Assembly: GCA_964469265.1 (NCBI GenBank)
Contig: CAYXYF010000006.1
Span: 13,098-77,097, forward strand
DNA: 64,000 bases
Direction of reading: 5' to 3'
DNA from: an uncultured Bdellovibrionales bacterium
Lineage (GTDB): Bacteria > Bdellovibrionota > Bdellovibrionia > Bdellovibrionales > JAEYZS01
Part shown: positions 47,491 through 56,268 of the stretch, one piece after another
Layout: each line of letters starts with the position of its first letter
Numbering within the stretch: position 1 is the stretch's first letter
The notes under the pieces: generated by a model
What the model saw: only the letters and a program-made list of their open reading frames with translations
Database searches by the model: none
What the model was told of the DNA's origin: nothing
Translations under genes and position numbers: made by a program

Positions 47491-48565
47491 ATTAGTTATT
47501 TATGTGTTGGTTGCACTATCTGCATCATTCCTTTGTTCAATTCTTGAAGCAGTCATATTGTCCGTAACCCACGCACATATTGAAATCATGAAGAAGCGCA
47601 AACAAAAGGCGGGCTTCATCATGCAAGACTTAAAAAACAAAGTCGATCAACCCCTAGCGGCAATCCTCACCTTAAATACCGTCGCGCACACAGCAGGAGC
47701 AACCTTAGTGGGTGCACAGGTTCATAATCTTTACGGCGATAAATATACTGCGATCGCCTCGGGGATTCTTACATTGATTATTTTGGTATTTTCAGAAATT
47801 TTGCCAAAAACAATCGGCGCACGCTACTGGAAACTGTTAACACCTTTCACAGCTTACTGTTGTAAGTTCCTTATTGCGCTTCTGTACCCTTTTGTGATGA
47901 TGTCTAAGAGTATTTCTCAGGTCCTTGGATCAAAAAGCCTGGCTCAATCTCGAATTACAAGAGAAGAAATGCTCGCTAATGCTGAAATCGGAGAAACCGA
48001 AGGTATTCTGCAAAAGAAAGAAACCCTTGTTATTAAAAACCTATTAAAATTAAATAGTGTCTACGTTAAAGACGTCATGACTCCTCGTTCAGTTCTTATG
48101 GTTTTACAAAAGGACATGACAGTGAGAGACGTTATGGAAGAATTTAAATCTGTTCCGTTTTCTAGAATTCCTGTTTTTGATCAAGATCTTGATAATATCA
48201 TCGGCATGATTTTTCGTTATGACTTCCTTGAGTTATACGGAAATGATCAACACGACACAAAGATTGAAGAGATTTTAAACCCTATTCATGCTATTCATCA
48301 AAACCACTCCGTTGCGATGACACTCGATGAGTTCATTAAGCGCCGTGAACACATGTTCTTAGCGGTAGATGATTACGGCAGCACCATGGGTATTGTAACC
48401 CTAGAAGACGCCATTGAGACGCTTTTAGGTGTAGAGATCATGGATGAAACCGACGACGTCGAAGACATGAGAAAGCTTGCACTTGAGCGTTGGGAAAAAC
48501 GAAAGTCCGAACTTCATGAGCATCAAAAAAGACTTTCTCGAATTTTAAAGAAGGGCGAGAAGTGA
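47483..48565 (+). CDS. CNNM/DUF21 + CBS-pair transporter (CorB/HlyC-like)
   Basis: 360 aa. N-terminal 4-TM DUF21 region followed by two CBS motifs. Lacks an obvious CorC_HlyC C-terminal domain. Confidence 0.8.
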   Translation: MGLLVIYVLVALSASFLCSILEAVILSVTHAHIEIMKKRKQKAGFIMQDLKNKVDQPLAAILTLNTVAHTAGATLVGAQVHNLYGDKYTAIASGILTLIILVFSEILPKTIGARYWKLLTPFTAYCCKFLIALLYPFVMMSKSISQVLGSKSLAQSRITREEMLANAEIGETEGILQKKETLVIKNLLKLNSVYVKDVMTPRSVLMVLQKDMTVRDVMEEFKSVPFSRIPVFDQDLDNIIGMIFRYDFLELYGNDQHDTKIEEILNPIHAIHQNHSVAMTLDEFIKRREHMFLAVDDYGSTMGIVTLEDAIETLLGVEIMDETDDVEDMRKLALERWEKRKSELHEHQKRLSRILKKGEK

Positions 48566-48876
48566 AACCGATTTTAGTTTATGTAACAACATCGGGTGAA
48601 GAAGAAGCTAAAACACTTTCAAAAATCTTACTCTCTAAAAAACTTATTGCGTGCTCTAATGTTTTCCCTAAGATGAACTCCTTCTACACTTGGGAAGGAA
48701 AATCAGAATCATCCGACGAGTCCGTTTTACTGCTAAAATCTTTTGAATCCAAATATGCTGAAATAGAAAAGACCATCGAAGAAAATCACTCCTACGAAGT
48801 ACCGTGCCTTATCACGCTTCCTATTGCATCCATCAATGAAAAATACTTAGAATGGATGAAGAGCCAAGTTCAATAA
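48562..48876 (+). CDS. cutA: Divalent-cation tolerance protein CutA
   Basis: 104 aa with ILVYVTTSGEEEAKTLSKILLSKKLIACSNV...YTWEG. The GTG start overlaps the previous stop (GTGA). Confidence 0.85.
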   Translation: MKPILVYVTTSGEEEAKTLSKILLSKKLIACSNVFPKMNSFYTWEGKSESSDESVLLLKSFESKYAEIEKTIEENHSYEVPCLITLPIASINEKYLEWMKSQVQ

Positions 48877-49046
48877 AACTATCAAAAAAATAATCACTAA
48901 AATATAAATGCAAGTTTTGATAAACCCAACCGTGTCTCAATATGAGATAAAGCGTGTCTCAACTCTATATTTCCTAAGCCAAAGACCAGTATATTCCGAG
49001 ACTATGATAGACTATTTAGAGGTTAAATGAAGTTTGGGGGACGTAT

Positions 49047-49370
49047 ATGAAGCTTCGATTTGAGTATTTCGACTTTATTCCAAGAAAAGAATTTGAAGTC
49101 AAAGCTAACCAGTTACTCAATAACTTGAAGCAAGAAATTCCATTCGATTTCGAATGCGAAGCTCGCTGTACTTACTTTGCAAATAAGTTTTTCTTTCAAA
49201 TTGTGTTTAGAGGACAAGATGACATTTTAAGTGCGCATTCTATTCTAGATCCAAATCAAGAAGACACTTCGTTAAGAGGGTGGCAGGTCAAAGCTCTCGA
49301 CAAAATGTCTTCTTTATTGGAGCGACAACTCACCTCTATGAAGCTGAAATCCACGCCAATGGCAGCCTGA
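49047..49370 (+). CDS. Small protein, paralogue 1 (possible distant HPF/RaiA fold)
   Basis: 107 aa. Shares F-x-PR-x-EF..KA...L...C...K.FF.I...G.D....DP..EDT..R.W...A with the next ORF. C-terminus ..LLERQLTSMK recalls HPF ..LARQLTKHK. Confidence 0.5.
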   Translation: MKLRFEYFDFIPRKEFEVKANQLLNNLKQEIPFDFECEARCTYFANKFFFQIVFRGQDDILSAHSILDPNQEDTSLRGWQVKALDKMSSLLERQLTSMKLKSTPMAA

Positions 49371-49523
49371 GAGCTCTTACGGTAATTATCAAAATATCTT
49401 TAAATATCCGCGGGAAATTTAGAGTTACAGACACAATTTGAATTACAGATTGATAATCTGTTAGAGCCAATTGTATTGTAGCTATTAAATTGAGTGAGCC
49501 TCAATCAAAAAAGGAGGGGCATT

Positions 49524-49886
49524 ATGGAAATGAATAATCTGTTAAAAGTAAATCGTACTTTTATCCCATTTTCCAAATTCAAGGTCGATGGCTTTGAGCC
49601 CAGAATAGAGTTTAAGAAGAAAGCATACACGGTCTTAGAGGATATCATCGGCAAGATGCCAGGAGACGCTAGTTTCCTAGCTGAATGTAAAAAGCGATTT
49701 GGAAAATACTATTTTAAAATTACGATCAACGGAAGTGATGCCAAATTTGAAGCCAACACAATAGTAGATCCTCGCAAAGAGGATACCGCTAGTCGTGATT
49801 GGCTCAATAGAGCGATCGAGGAGCTTCATAACTCCATGAACATTCAGATTGCTGGCTGGTTACAGTCACGTCACCTAAACTGTTAG
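49524..49886 (+). CDS. Small protein, paralogue 2 (possible distant HPF/RaiA fold)
   Basis: The ATG at 49524 is preceded by AAGGAGG (49511-49517); the track uses an upstream GTG. Paralogous to 49047-49370. Confidence 0.5.
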   Translation: MEMNNLLKVNRTFIPFSKFKVDGFEPRIEFKKKAYTVLEDIIGKMPGDASFLAECKKRFGKYYFKITINGSDAKFEANTIVDPRKEDTASRDWLNRAIEELHNSMNIQIAGWLQSRHLNC

Positions 49887-49941
49887 GTCTCGATCGTTAA
49901 ACCTTACTCTGTAAGGTCTGAGGAGTGTGAAACGGCTTTGC

Positions 49942-50745
49942 TTATTTTTCGGAGACGATGTAGGCAATCCACGACTCACACTCCTCACCTTTTTCAGTAG
50001 GAGTGAAAATCCCGTCGCCCTCACCGTCTTTATCCGTTCCTTCCCAGTAGACTTGAGTTTTTTTAAAGCCAACTTCTTCAAGGATTTCTCTTAGCTCTGG
50101 TAAAGACCAAAGTCGCCAGTCGTAACAAAAGACATTCTCAATTTTCGCTTTGCCCTTGGGTTTAAAGTGGATAGCGAAGTCGGCTTCATTAGTTATCGGA
50201 TTAAAATTCAGTTGATCCCAAAAGTAAGAAAAATTCTCAAATTCGGTTTCTTCCTCAATGGCTTCCTGACATTGGCTACCCCCAAAACAATCGATGAGGA
50301 AAATGCCGTCGTCGTTGAGTTTTTTTAAGCAGTTTGAGAAATACTCTTTCAGCTGATCGCGCTTCTTAAATAAAAAATAAGAAAAATTTTGCGCCACAAT
50401 GATGTCCGATTTCGGCAAACCTTGATCGAGTACGTTTTTATTTAAAACTGTAATTCGAGATTGTTGTTCGTCTGATAACTTTGTTAAGTAGTTTTTCTTA
50501 CCGTACTCAATAGGCTCCTTGTCTAGATCAACCCCTGTTGCCACATGGTTTTTATCAAGCTTTACCCATTCACAGCATATCGCAAACGTCCCGCAAAAAT
50601 CTTCTCGCAGAGTTTTTGCGGGTTTCTTCTTTAATTCTTTATAGGTGTCTCTAAAAAACTCCGCATCGCCAGAAGGATTTTGAACAGAGTTTATATAATA
50701 GAAATATTTATCGAATCCTTTTGGGACGGACTTTGCTTTACTCAT
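49942..50745 (-). CDS. Class I SAM-dependent methyltransferase
   Basis: 267 aa with motif-I-like LREDFCGTFAI, and VATGVDLD and GIFLIDCFG segments. Confidence 0.65.
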   Translation of the reverse strand: MSKAKSVPKGFDKYFYYINSVQNPSGDAEFFRDTYKELKKKPAKTLREDFCGTFAICCEWVKLDKNHVATGVDLDKEPIEYGKKNYLTKLSDEQQSRITVLNKNVLDQGLPKSDIIVAQNFSYFLFKKRDQLKEYFSNCLKKLNDDGIFLIDCFGGSQCQEAIEEETEFENFSYFWDQLNFNPITNEADFAIHFKPKGKAKIENVFCYDWRLWSLPELREILEEVGFKKTQVYWEGTDKDGEGDGIFTPTEKGEECESWIAYIVSEK

Positions 50746-50769
50746 GCTGTCTCTCTAAAATGTTAGTTC

Positions 50770-51825
50770 TTAAGGAACGTCGTTTAAAACTTCGTTTATA
50801 GCTTCTTTAATATCAGACTTATGCGGAACTGTCGCCTCTTCTAAATTTGGATGAAGCCCAATACCTGGAACGTTTTTCCCAGCATGGACTCTTGGTCGCG
50901 CATAAAGGTCATAGAATAACTCTTGAGACGCTCTGTACGCCAAGTGTTCTCCAAAATTTGTGACCTCAGTATCTTCATTAACAAAAAGCACTCTTTTCGT
51001 TTTCAAAATCGAGTTTTTTACGGTTTGCCAGTCATATGGGAAGATCGACCGAAGGTCTATGACCTCTACCGAAGTACCTTCCTCAGCCATTTCGTTTGCA
51101 ATATCTTCGCAAATTAAAAGCGTTCGACCATAGCTTACAACTGTAACGTCAGACCCTTCTTTTACAATTTTAGCTTTACCAATTTCAACGCGATAATCTT
51201 CAAGCTTTGGCCATTTCGCCTTCCACTTTGATCGATCGCCAAGAGGGGCATCTATTAGCGTTTTTAACTCTGCTTTAGACTCAGGTTCTCCAGGAATCAG
51301 TTCCTTACCTTCAACTCTCATCAAAGCCTTAGGCTTTAAAAATAAAACTGGGTTTGGATCTTCAACCGCAGAAAGCATTAAGCCATAAGCATCAAGAGGA
51401 TTTGATGGCATGACGACCTTCCACCCTACAAGTTTTGATGCCCAAGCATCAAAACTGTGACTATGGTATAGAGAACCTCGGATGCCCGCACCAGATGGAG
51501 TCATCAATACCAATGGCATTGCTACCTGACCGTTGGAAGCCCAATGCATATTTCCGATAAGTTTTAATAAATCAATTGTATTAAAGATGTAGTCGACGAA
51601 CTGAATCTCAGCAACACAGCGCTCGCCTGTCATTGCAATTCCAGTCGCCATCCCGACAATTCCTCTTTCATCAAGAGGAGTATTCCAAGTTGTCTGTAAA
51701 CCTTGAGTTGCGGTAAATACCCCACCTAGCGGCATCCCCACGTCTTGACCGAAAATGTCTTTAACATCGAGATTCGTCTCTGCATAGTGAAGCGCCATTC
51801 TAATAGCTTGTGCCATGTTTGCCAT
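50770..51825 (-). CDS. 2-oxoacid dehydrogenase E1 component, beta subunit
   Basis: 351 aa. Transketolase-like pyrimidine-binding region (..FGQDVG..GGVF..TPLDERGIVGMATGIAMTG..EIQFVDYI). Confidence 0.85.
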   Translation of the reverse strand: MANMAQAIRMALHYAETNLDVKDIFGQDVGMPLGGVFTATQGLQTTWNTPLDERGIVGMATGIAMTGERCVAEIQFVDYIFNTIDLLKLIGNMHWASNGQVAMPLVLMTPSGAGIRGSLYHSHSFDAWASKLVGWKVVMPSNPLDAYGLMLSAVEDPNPVLFLKPKALMRVEGKELIPGEPESKAELKTLIDAPLGDRSKWKAKWPKLEDYRVEIGKAKIVKEGSDVTVVSYGRTLLICEDIANEMAEEGTSVEVIDLRSIFPYDWQTVKNSILKTKRVLFVNEDTEVTNFGEHLAYRASQELFYDLYARPRVHAGKNVPGIGLHPNLEEATVPHKSDIKEAINEVLNDVP

Positions 51826-52871
51826 TAGAACTTCCTCCAGTCTGCATTCTCATTATCAACAAAAACATGATCCCAGATGGACTCAGGCAATGGTGCTGCT
51901 TCTTTACGAACAATTTCAAGATCATGCTTCGACTGTTCGTCGTAGTCATAATAAATCTTTTTAATTTTATCTTCGGTGATTGCACCTGCTTTAAGAAGTT
52001 TCTTCTCTAACAACTTTAACGGATCTTCTTCATTTGATATAAAGTTTGCGCCCGAAGCTGAAGAGTGACCGTAAAGCCTTGAAACAAAGATCTCTACAAG
52101 TGCTGGTCTGCGCTCTTTACGGACATAGTCCATTTCTTCTTTGAGTCGAATATAAGATTCTTCAATATCGTTTCCGTAAATTGTTGAAGAGCGAATACCA
52201 AAGGCTTTGCCACGATCTGCAATATATTCTTCACCATGTTGAGAATCATAGTTTGTGGAGATTCCCCACTTGTTGTTCTGAACAGTGATAAGCATCGGCA
52301 GTTCGCGTCCTGGACGTGACGCCCAAATCAATGAAGAGGCGAAGTCACCTTCAGCAGTTCCCGCATCACCACCTGAAACTACGGTAATGCTCTTTGTATT
52401 GTTACGTTTTTGAACCCACGCTGTTCCAAGCGCTTGTGAGTACTGTACTTCAATGGGCGATGTGATAGGTGCGATATTCCACTTCGGATAACAGTAGTGG
52501 CCGGAGAAGTTTCTGCCACCTGTGGAAACGTCTGTCACCCTATTCATAATAAGGCGGATTCCTTCAATCATCTCCATACCCATTGCTATAAGTGTTGGCG
52601 AAGCACGGTAGTGAAGATGAAACCAATCGTAGTCAATTCCTTGCCCTTTTTTAGCAAGTAATCCCAATGGAACTCCAAAAGCTTCTTCTCCTGGACCGCC
52701 GATCCAAAAGAATGCCTCACCCATTTTGTAAATCCGGATTAAACGTTCTTCTAAAACCCGCGACTTGACCATAAGGTCATGCATTTGAAGCAACTGCTCT
52801 TTAGGGAGCAATAGCTTTTCTCCAGCTGATTTCTTTGTCATTGTTTTCTTCCTGATTGTTTTTGAGCTCAT
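51825..52871 (-). CDS. 2-oxoacid dehydrogenase E1 component, alpha subunit (TPP-binding)
   Basis: 348 aa. TPP motif SGGDAGTAEGDF...NNKWGIS and phospho-loop-like YGHSSASGA. Overlaps the beta subunit gene by 1 nt. Confidence 0.85.
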   Translation of the reverse strand: MSSKTIRKKTMTKKSAGEKLLLPKEQLLQMHDLMVKSRVLEERLIRIYKMGEAFFWIGGPGEEAFGVPLGLLAKKGQGIDYDWFHLHYRASPTLIAMGMEMIEGIRLIMNRVTDVSTGGRNFSGHYCYPKWNIAPITSPIEVQYSQALGTAWVQKRNNTKSITVVSGGDAGTAEGDFASSLIWASRPGRELPMLITVQNNKWGISTNYDSQHGEEYIADRGKAFGIRSSTIYGNDIEESYIRLKEEMDYVRKERRPALVEIFVSRLYGHSSASGANFISNEEDPLKLLEKKLLKAGAITEDKIKKIYYDYDEQSKHDLEIVRKEAAPLPESIWDHVFVDNENADWRKF

Positions 52872-52908
52872 GAATAGTCTATTTATGATTTAGGATATGA
52901 GACTATTC
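52872..52908. promoter_or_regulatory. 9-bp perfect inverted repeat abutting the E1-alpha start codon
   Basis: GAATAGTCT-(19 nt)-AGACTATTC. On the minus strand the 3' arm runs straight into the ATG at 52871. Confidence 0.3.
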
Positions 52909-52979
52909 AAGGTTAAAGGTGCCAAGAGCGGATTTTTGCGTACCCACGCATCATGGTCTTGACGCATGGGTAAATGTTT

Positions 52980-55109
52980 CTAGTTTTTAGCTTCAGAGCC
53001 CTTTTTTTGAGCGACTACATTCCGCGAGTTTCGTATATGAAGAAAGTCCGCAGCAATGTCCACCGCCTCTACAATATCAGGGCGCTTGAGGTACTCTTCT
53101 AAACGTTTTTTAGGATTAGAACGCGCCTTTTTCTTTTCTTTTTCTTCGGCACGTTTTTCTTTTTCATTCAGGATTTCTGATAAACTCACAAGCTTACCTT
53201 TTGTCTTTAACTTTTCGAGCTCATCAGTAATCTTTTTGAATTCTTCGTTGCTACTCACTCTTGTTTCAGACTTTTTCTTTAAATCTGAAATTTCTTTGTT
53301 GCTGACTTTTTCCCATGCGCCATCACCTTTTGCAACGTGAGCCTCAGGAGATAAAAATGGCGGAATTGCTTTTGGTGAAAGTGAGTAGTCCAAACTCTTC
53401 TCACCGATTTCATCAAGAGCGAATGCACTCGGTAGAGTGATATCACCATCAACGCCGCCGTGTTGGGTCGACTTCCCACCTGGAACAAAGAACATTCCTA
53501 CAGTCACTTTATAAGCGCCAAGATTTTTCGGTAGCGGAAGGACGGTCTGAACACTTCCTTTTCCAAACGTATGATCGCCACCGACGATAACTGCTCTACC
53601 GTAGTCCTTCAATGCACCTGCAAGAATCTCAGATGCCGATGCACTTAAGCGGCTTGTAAGAACAACAAGCGGTCCTGAGTAATTCACTTCAGGATCGCGA
53701 TCGGCTAACACTTCAATAGTCGATGAGCGTGCCCCTTGAGTTTTTACGATGTTACCTGTTTTAATAAATAGCCCAGTTAACTTCACAGCATCTTCAAGAG
53801 ATCCCCCTCCATTTTGGGAAAGATCTAATACTAGTCCATCGATTTTTTCTTTTTGCGCTTCTTTTAACAGTCTCTTCGTGTCTCTATATGACGAGCGACC
53901 ATTTGGGTTTTTTGAGTCAAAATAGAATGACGGAAGATTCAAAATTCCAATTTTAAATTTCTTACCGTCTACTTCTCTTGTCATGTAACTGATTTGAGCA
54001 GCTTCATCTTCTAAGTTAATCTTTGAACGAGTTAAGGTAATTCTAAAACTCTTCATTCCATCTGCCGTTTTTCTAAGAACAGAAAGCGTAACTTTTGTTC
54101 CCTTCTTTCCACGAATCAACTTCACGACATCCTTAAGAGGCATGTCGACGACAGGCTCCATCTTCTTTCCTTGGCCTTGTCCTACCGAAATAATTTTATC
54201 TTGGCTTTCAAGTTCGCCAGATTTTGCAGCGGCACCACCAGGAATGAGTTGCTCAATAACGGTATAACCGTCTTGTGAAGAAAGAGTTGCTCCAATCCCT
54301 TCTAAGGAAAGATTCATATGGATATTAAAGTCTTCAAGGTCATCGGCAGAAAGATAGCTGGAGTGAGGGTCCATAGAACGCGCAAAAGAATCTAAAAGTC
54401 CTGCATAGATGTCGGCCTCTGGGAGTTCTTTTAACTTCTTGTACGCTCGTTCGTAACGTCTTTCGACCCAGCCTTTAGCTTCATCTTCTTTCATGTCGGT
54501 TGCTACAAAGTTTGCAACTTGAAACTGAATATATCTTTTTTGAAAATCTTCAAGCTCTGCGTTGGTGCTAGCATATTTCCGTTTAGTCGCATCCATTTGA
54601 AGAGTCATTGCTGGATCAAGCTTGAAGTCCTTACCGAGATAATTTTTTGCAAACGTTGCGCTCTGTTGCACGCGAGCATTGTAAATTTCCTGAACTTGCT
54701 CCAGTGGTTTACAATCTTGTTTTGATAACCACTTTTCCATACCCTTCATCGCAGACGTAATTTTACTTACATCGCTAGCAAGTAGGTATCCTTTTAATGG
54801 GTCTAAGGATTTAATGTATTGATTGATTGTTCGCGTTTCGAGTTCAGACGTAAACTGATTATAGAGCATATGTTGTCTCAACATTGCACCCATAATTAAA
54901 TATATATATCTGCAAGAAAGATCGCTTTTTGAAAGTCGTTTTGTTACGCCCTTGTCTACTGGCGTCTTGATTAAGTCTTTTGGTTTATCCTTTGACTTAT
55001 CTTGAGCTACACTTTTTTTAGCCTCGTTGGTTTTAGCAAAGCTTTCTACACTTGAAAGTGTAAAGACGCCGACAAAAAAAAGTACCAACCATAACTTCAC
55101 TAATTTCAT
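52980..55109 (-). CDS. prc: Carboxy-terminal processing (tail-specific) protease, S41 family
   Basis: 709 aa. Signal peptide, PDZ-like region (..GIGATLSSQDGYTVIEQLIPGGAAAKSG..), S41 core (DLSQNGGGSL...SASASEILAGAL). Confidence 0.85.
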   Translation of the reverse strand: MKLVKLWLVLFFVGVFTLSSVESFAKTNEAKKSVAQDKSKDKPKDLIKTPVDKGVTKRLSKSDLSCRYIYLIMGAMLRQHMLYNQFTSELETRTINQYIKSLDPLKGYLLASDVSKITSAMKGMEKWLSKQDCKPLEQVQEIYNARVQQSATFAKNYLGKDFKLDPAMTLQMDATKRKYASTNAELEDFQKRYIQFQVANFVATDMKEDEAKGWVERRYERAYKKLKELPEADIYAGLLDSFARSMDPHSSYLSADDLEDFNIHMNLSLEGIGATLSSQDGYTVIEQLIPGGAAAKSGELESQDKIISVGQGQGKKMEPVVDMPLKDVVKLIRGKKGTKVTLSVLRKTADGMKSFRITLTRSKINLEDEAAQISYMTREVDGKKFKIGILNLPSFYFDSKNPNGRSSYRDTKRLLKEAQKEKIDGLVLDLSQNGGGSLEDAVKLTGLFIKTGNIVKTQGARSSTIEVLADRDPEVNYSGPLVVLTSRLSASASEILAGALKDYGRAVIVGGDHTFGKGSVQTVLPLPKNLGAYKVTVGMFFVPGGKSTQHGGVDGDITLPSAFALDEIGEKSLDYSLSPKAIPPFLSPEAHVAKGDGAWEKVSNKEISDLKKKSETRVSSNEEFKKITDELEKLKTKGKLVSLSEILNEKEKRAEEKEKKKARSNPKKRLEEYLKRPDIVEAVDIAADFLHIRNSRNVVAQKKGSEAKN

Positions 55110-55148
55110 TCATCACTCCTACTTTGGGGCTTCCTTTTCAGACGCCAC

Positions 55149-55179
55149 AACCTAAAAACTAAGTATATGGTTTTAGGTT
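55149..55179. other. 9-bp stem hairpin between the HAD-like gene and prc (terminator-like, no U-run)
   Basis: AACCTAAAA-(13 nt)-TTTTAGGTT. Confidence 0.3.
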
Positions 55180-55285
55180 TAAAATGTAACTAAAGAACAA
55201 CTAAATTTGGTATTTTTATCTAAACATCTTGGTAAGACTTAATAGTTTCCAAGATTTCATTTCCACTGCTAAATTTCAAGCAGGC

Positions 55286-56170
55286 TTAAACCCTCTCTGA
55301 CTTACTAAAGTCGAGGCGAAGCTGGCGCGGAGTGATATTGTTTTTCTCAATATGGTGCAAAAAGACTTCCTCTTTAATAAAGTCAGATTCTATTGCGTGG
55401 ATCACAAAAAACGAGTTATCTGGATATTTCTGCTTTAGGATGAGCATTGCTTCAAATATAAGCTCTAAGTTTTTCGGATCATCATCTGACATACCAAATC
55501 GATGGTGGGGATTAAATCCATAAGCTTCCATCGCAAGTTCCACAGACTCAATCACAGCATGAAGTTTTAACTCCGCAGTACTCATCGCCTTCCCGTTTGT
55601 GAGTTTGCGCTGGGTTTCTGGATGGCTTACAGGAAAAAGACTTAAATAATTCGGCTCAAGCGGAAGGTGCCCACCACGTACGAAGTGTCGGATTCCTTCT
55701 TTAATAGTGTCTGGGTGATGCCCTCTTGCCGTAATTAAAGAAACGGGACGTTGATTGAAGGCTGCATGATAAAAACACTGCCAAGAAGGACCACGCCATT
55801 CGAACTCAGGCTTCGCCAGTGCTTCAGAAAGATCTTCACAAAAAGATTGCAGTGAAACTGGTTTGTCTTCATCACGAAAGCGCGAGAACGAACCTGTCGC
55901 ATCGTCAATATCGATGTAATAGTCTTTATAAACACCGTACTTGCCAATGTCTGAGAGGTTCTTTGCAAACTCTCCAGAAGAGAGCGCTAATTTTTCATTC
56001 GTTTTCTTGTGAAAAATAAAAATCGGGGTTTCAAGAAAGAAAACGTTATCGTCCAGATCAAAAAAGTAGAAGCTTCTACCGCCTTTATCGAAGTTTCGAT
56101 CGGGCTCAGGACTTCTTCTAATGTTTAGTTCAAGCTGTGTCTTGCTTGGCACCAATAAGGACTTTTTCAT
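55286..56170 (-). CDS. Hypothetical protein, weak HAD-like phosphatase motifs
   Basis: 294 aa with YFFDLDDNV (DxDxV/T-like motif I) and VSLITARGH (motif II-like). Confidence 0.4.
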   Translation of the reverse strand: MKKSLLVPSKTQLELNIRRSPEPDRNFDKGGRSFYFFDLDDNVFFLETPIFIFHKKTNEKLALSSGEFAKNLSDIGKYGVYKDYYIDIDDATGSFSRFRDEDKPVSLQSFCEDLSEALAKPEFEWRGPSWQCFYHAAFNQRPVSLITARGHHPDTIKEGIRHFVRGGHLPLEPNYLSLFPVSHPETQRKLTNGKAMSTAELKLHAVIESVELAMEAYGFNPHHRFGMSDDDPKNLELIFEAMLILKQKYPDNSFFVIHAIESDFIKEEVFLHHIEKNNITPRQLRLDFSKSERV

Positions 56171-56268
56171 ACGCGTATCGCGTCATGATCGCAAAAAACC
56201 TAGTCAAATTCAAGAGTTAAATCCACGCCACGGGGCCTAAGGATAAAGTAAGTTATTTCAATACCTTA

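Noticed and set aside
49901-49917. Short hairpin ACCTTAC-tct-GTAAGGT between the second small paralogue and the convergent methyltransferase, considered as a possible terminator.
   Set aside because: The loop is only 3 nt and no U-run follows on either strand. This is too weak to call.
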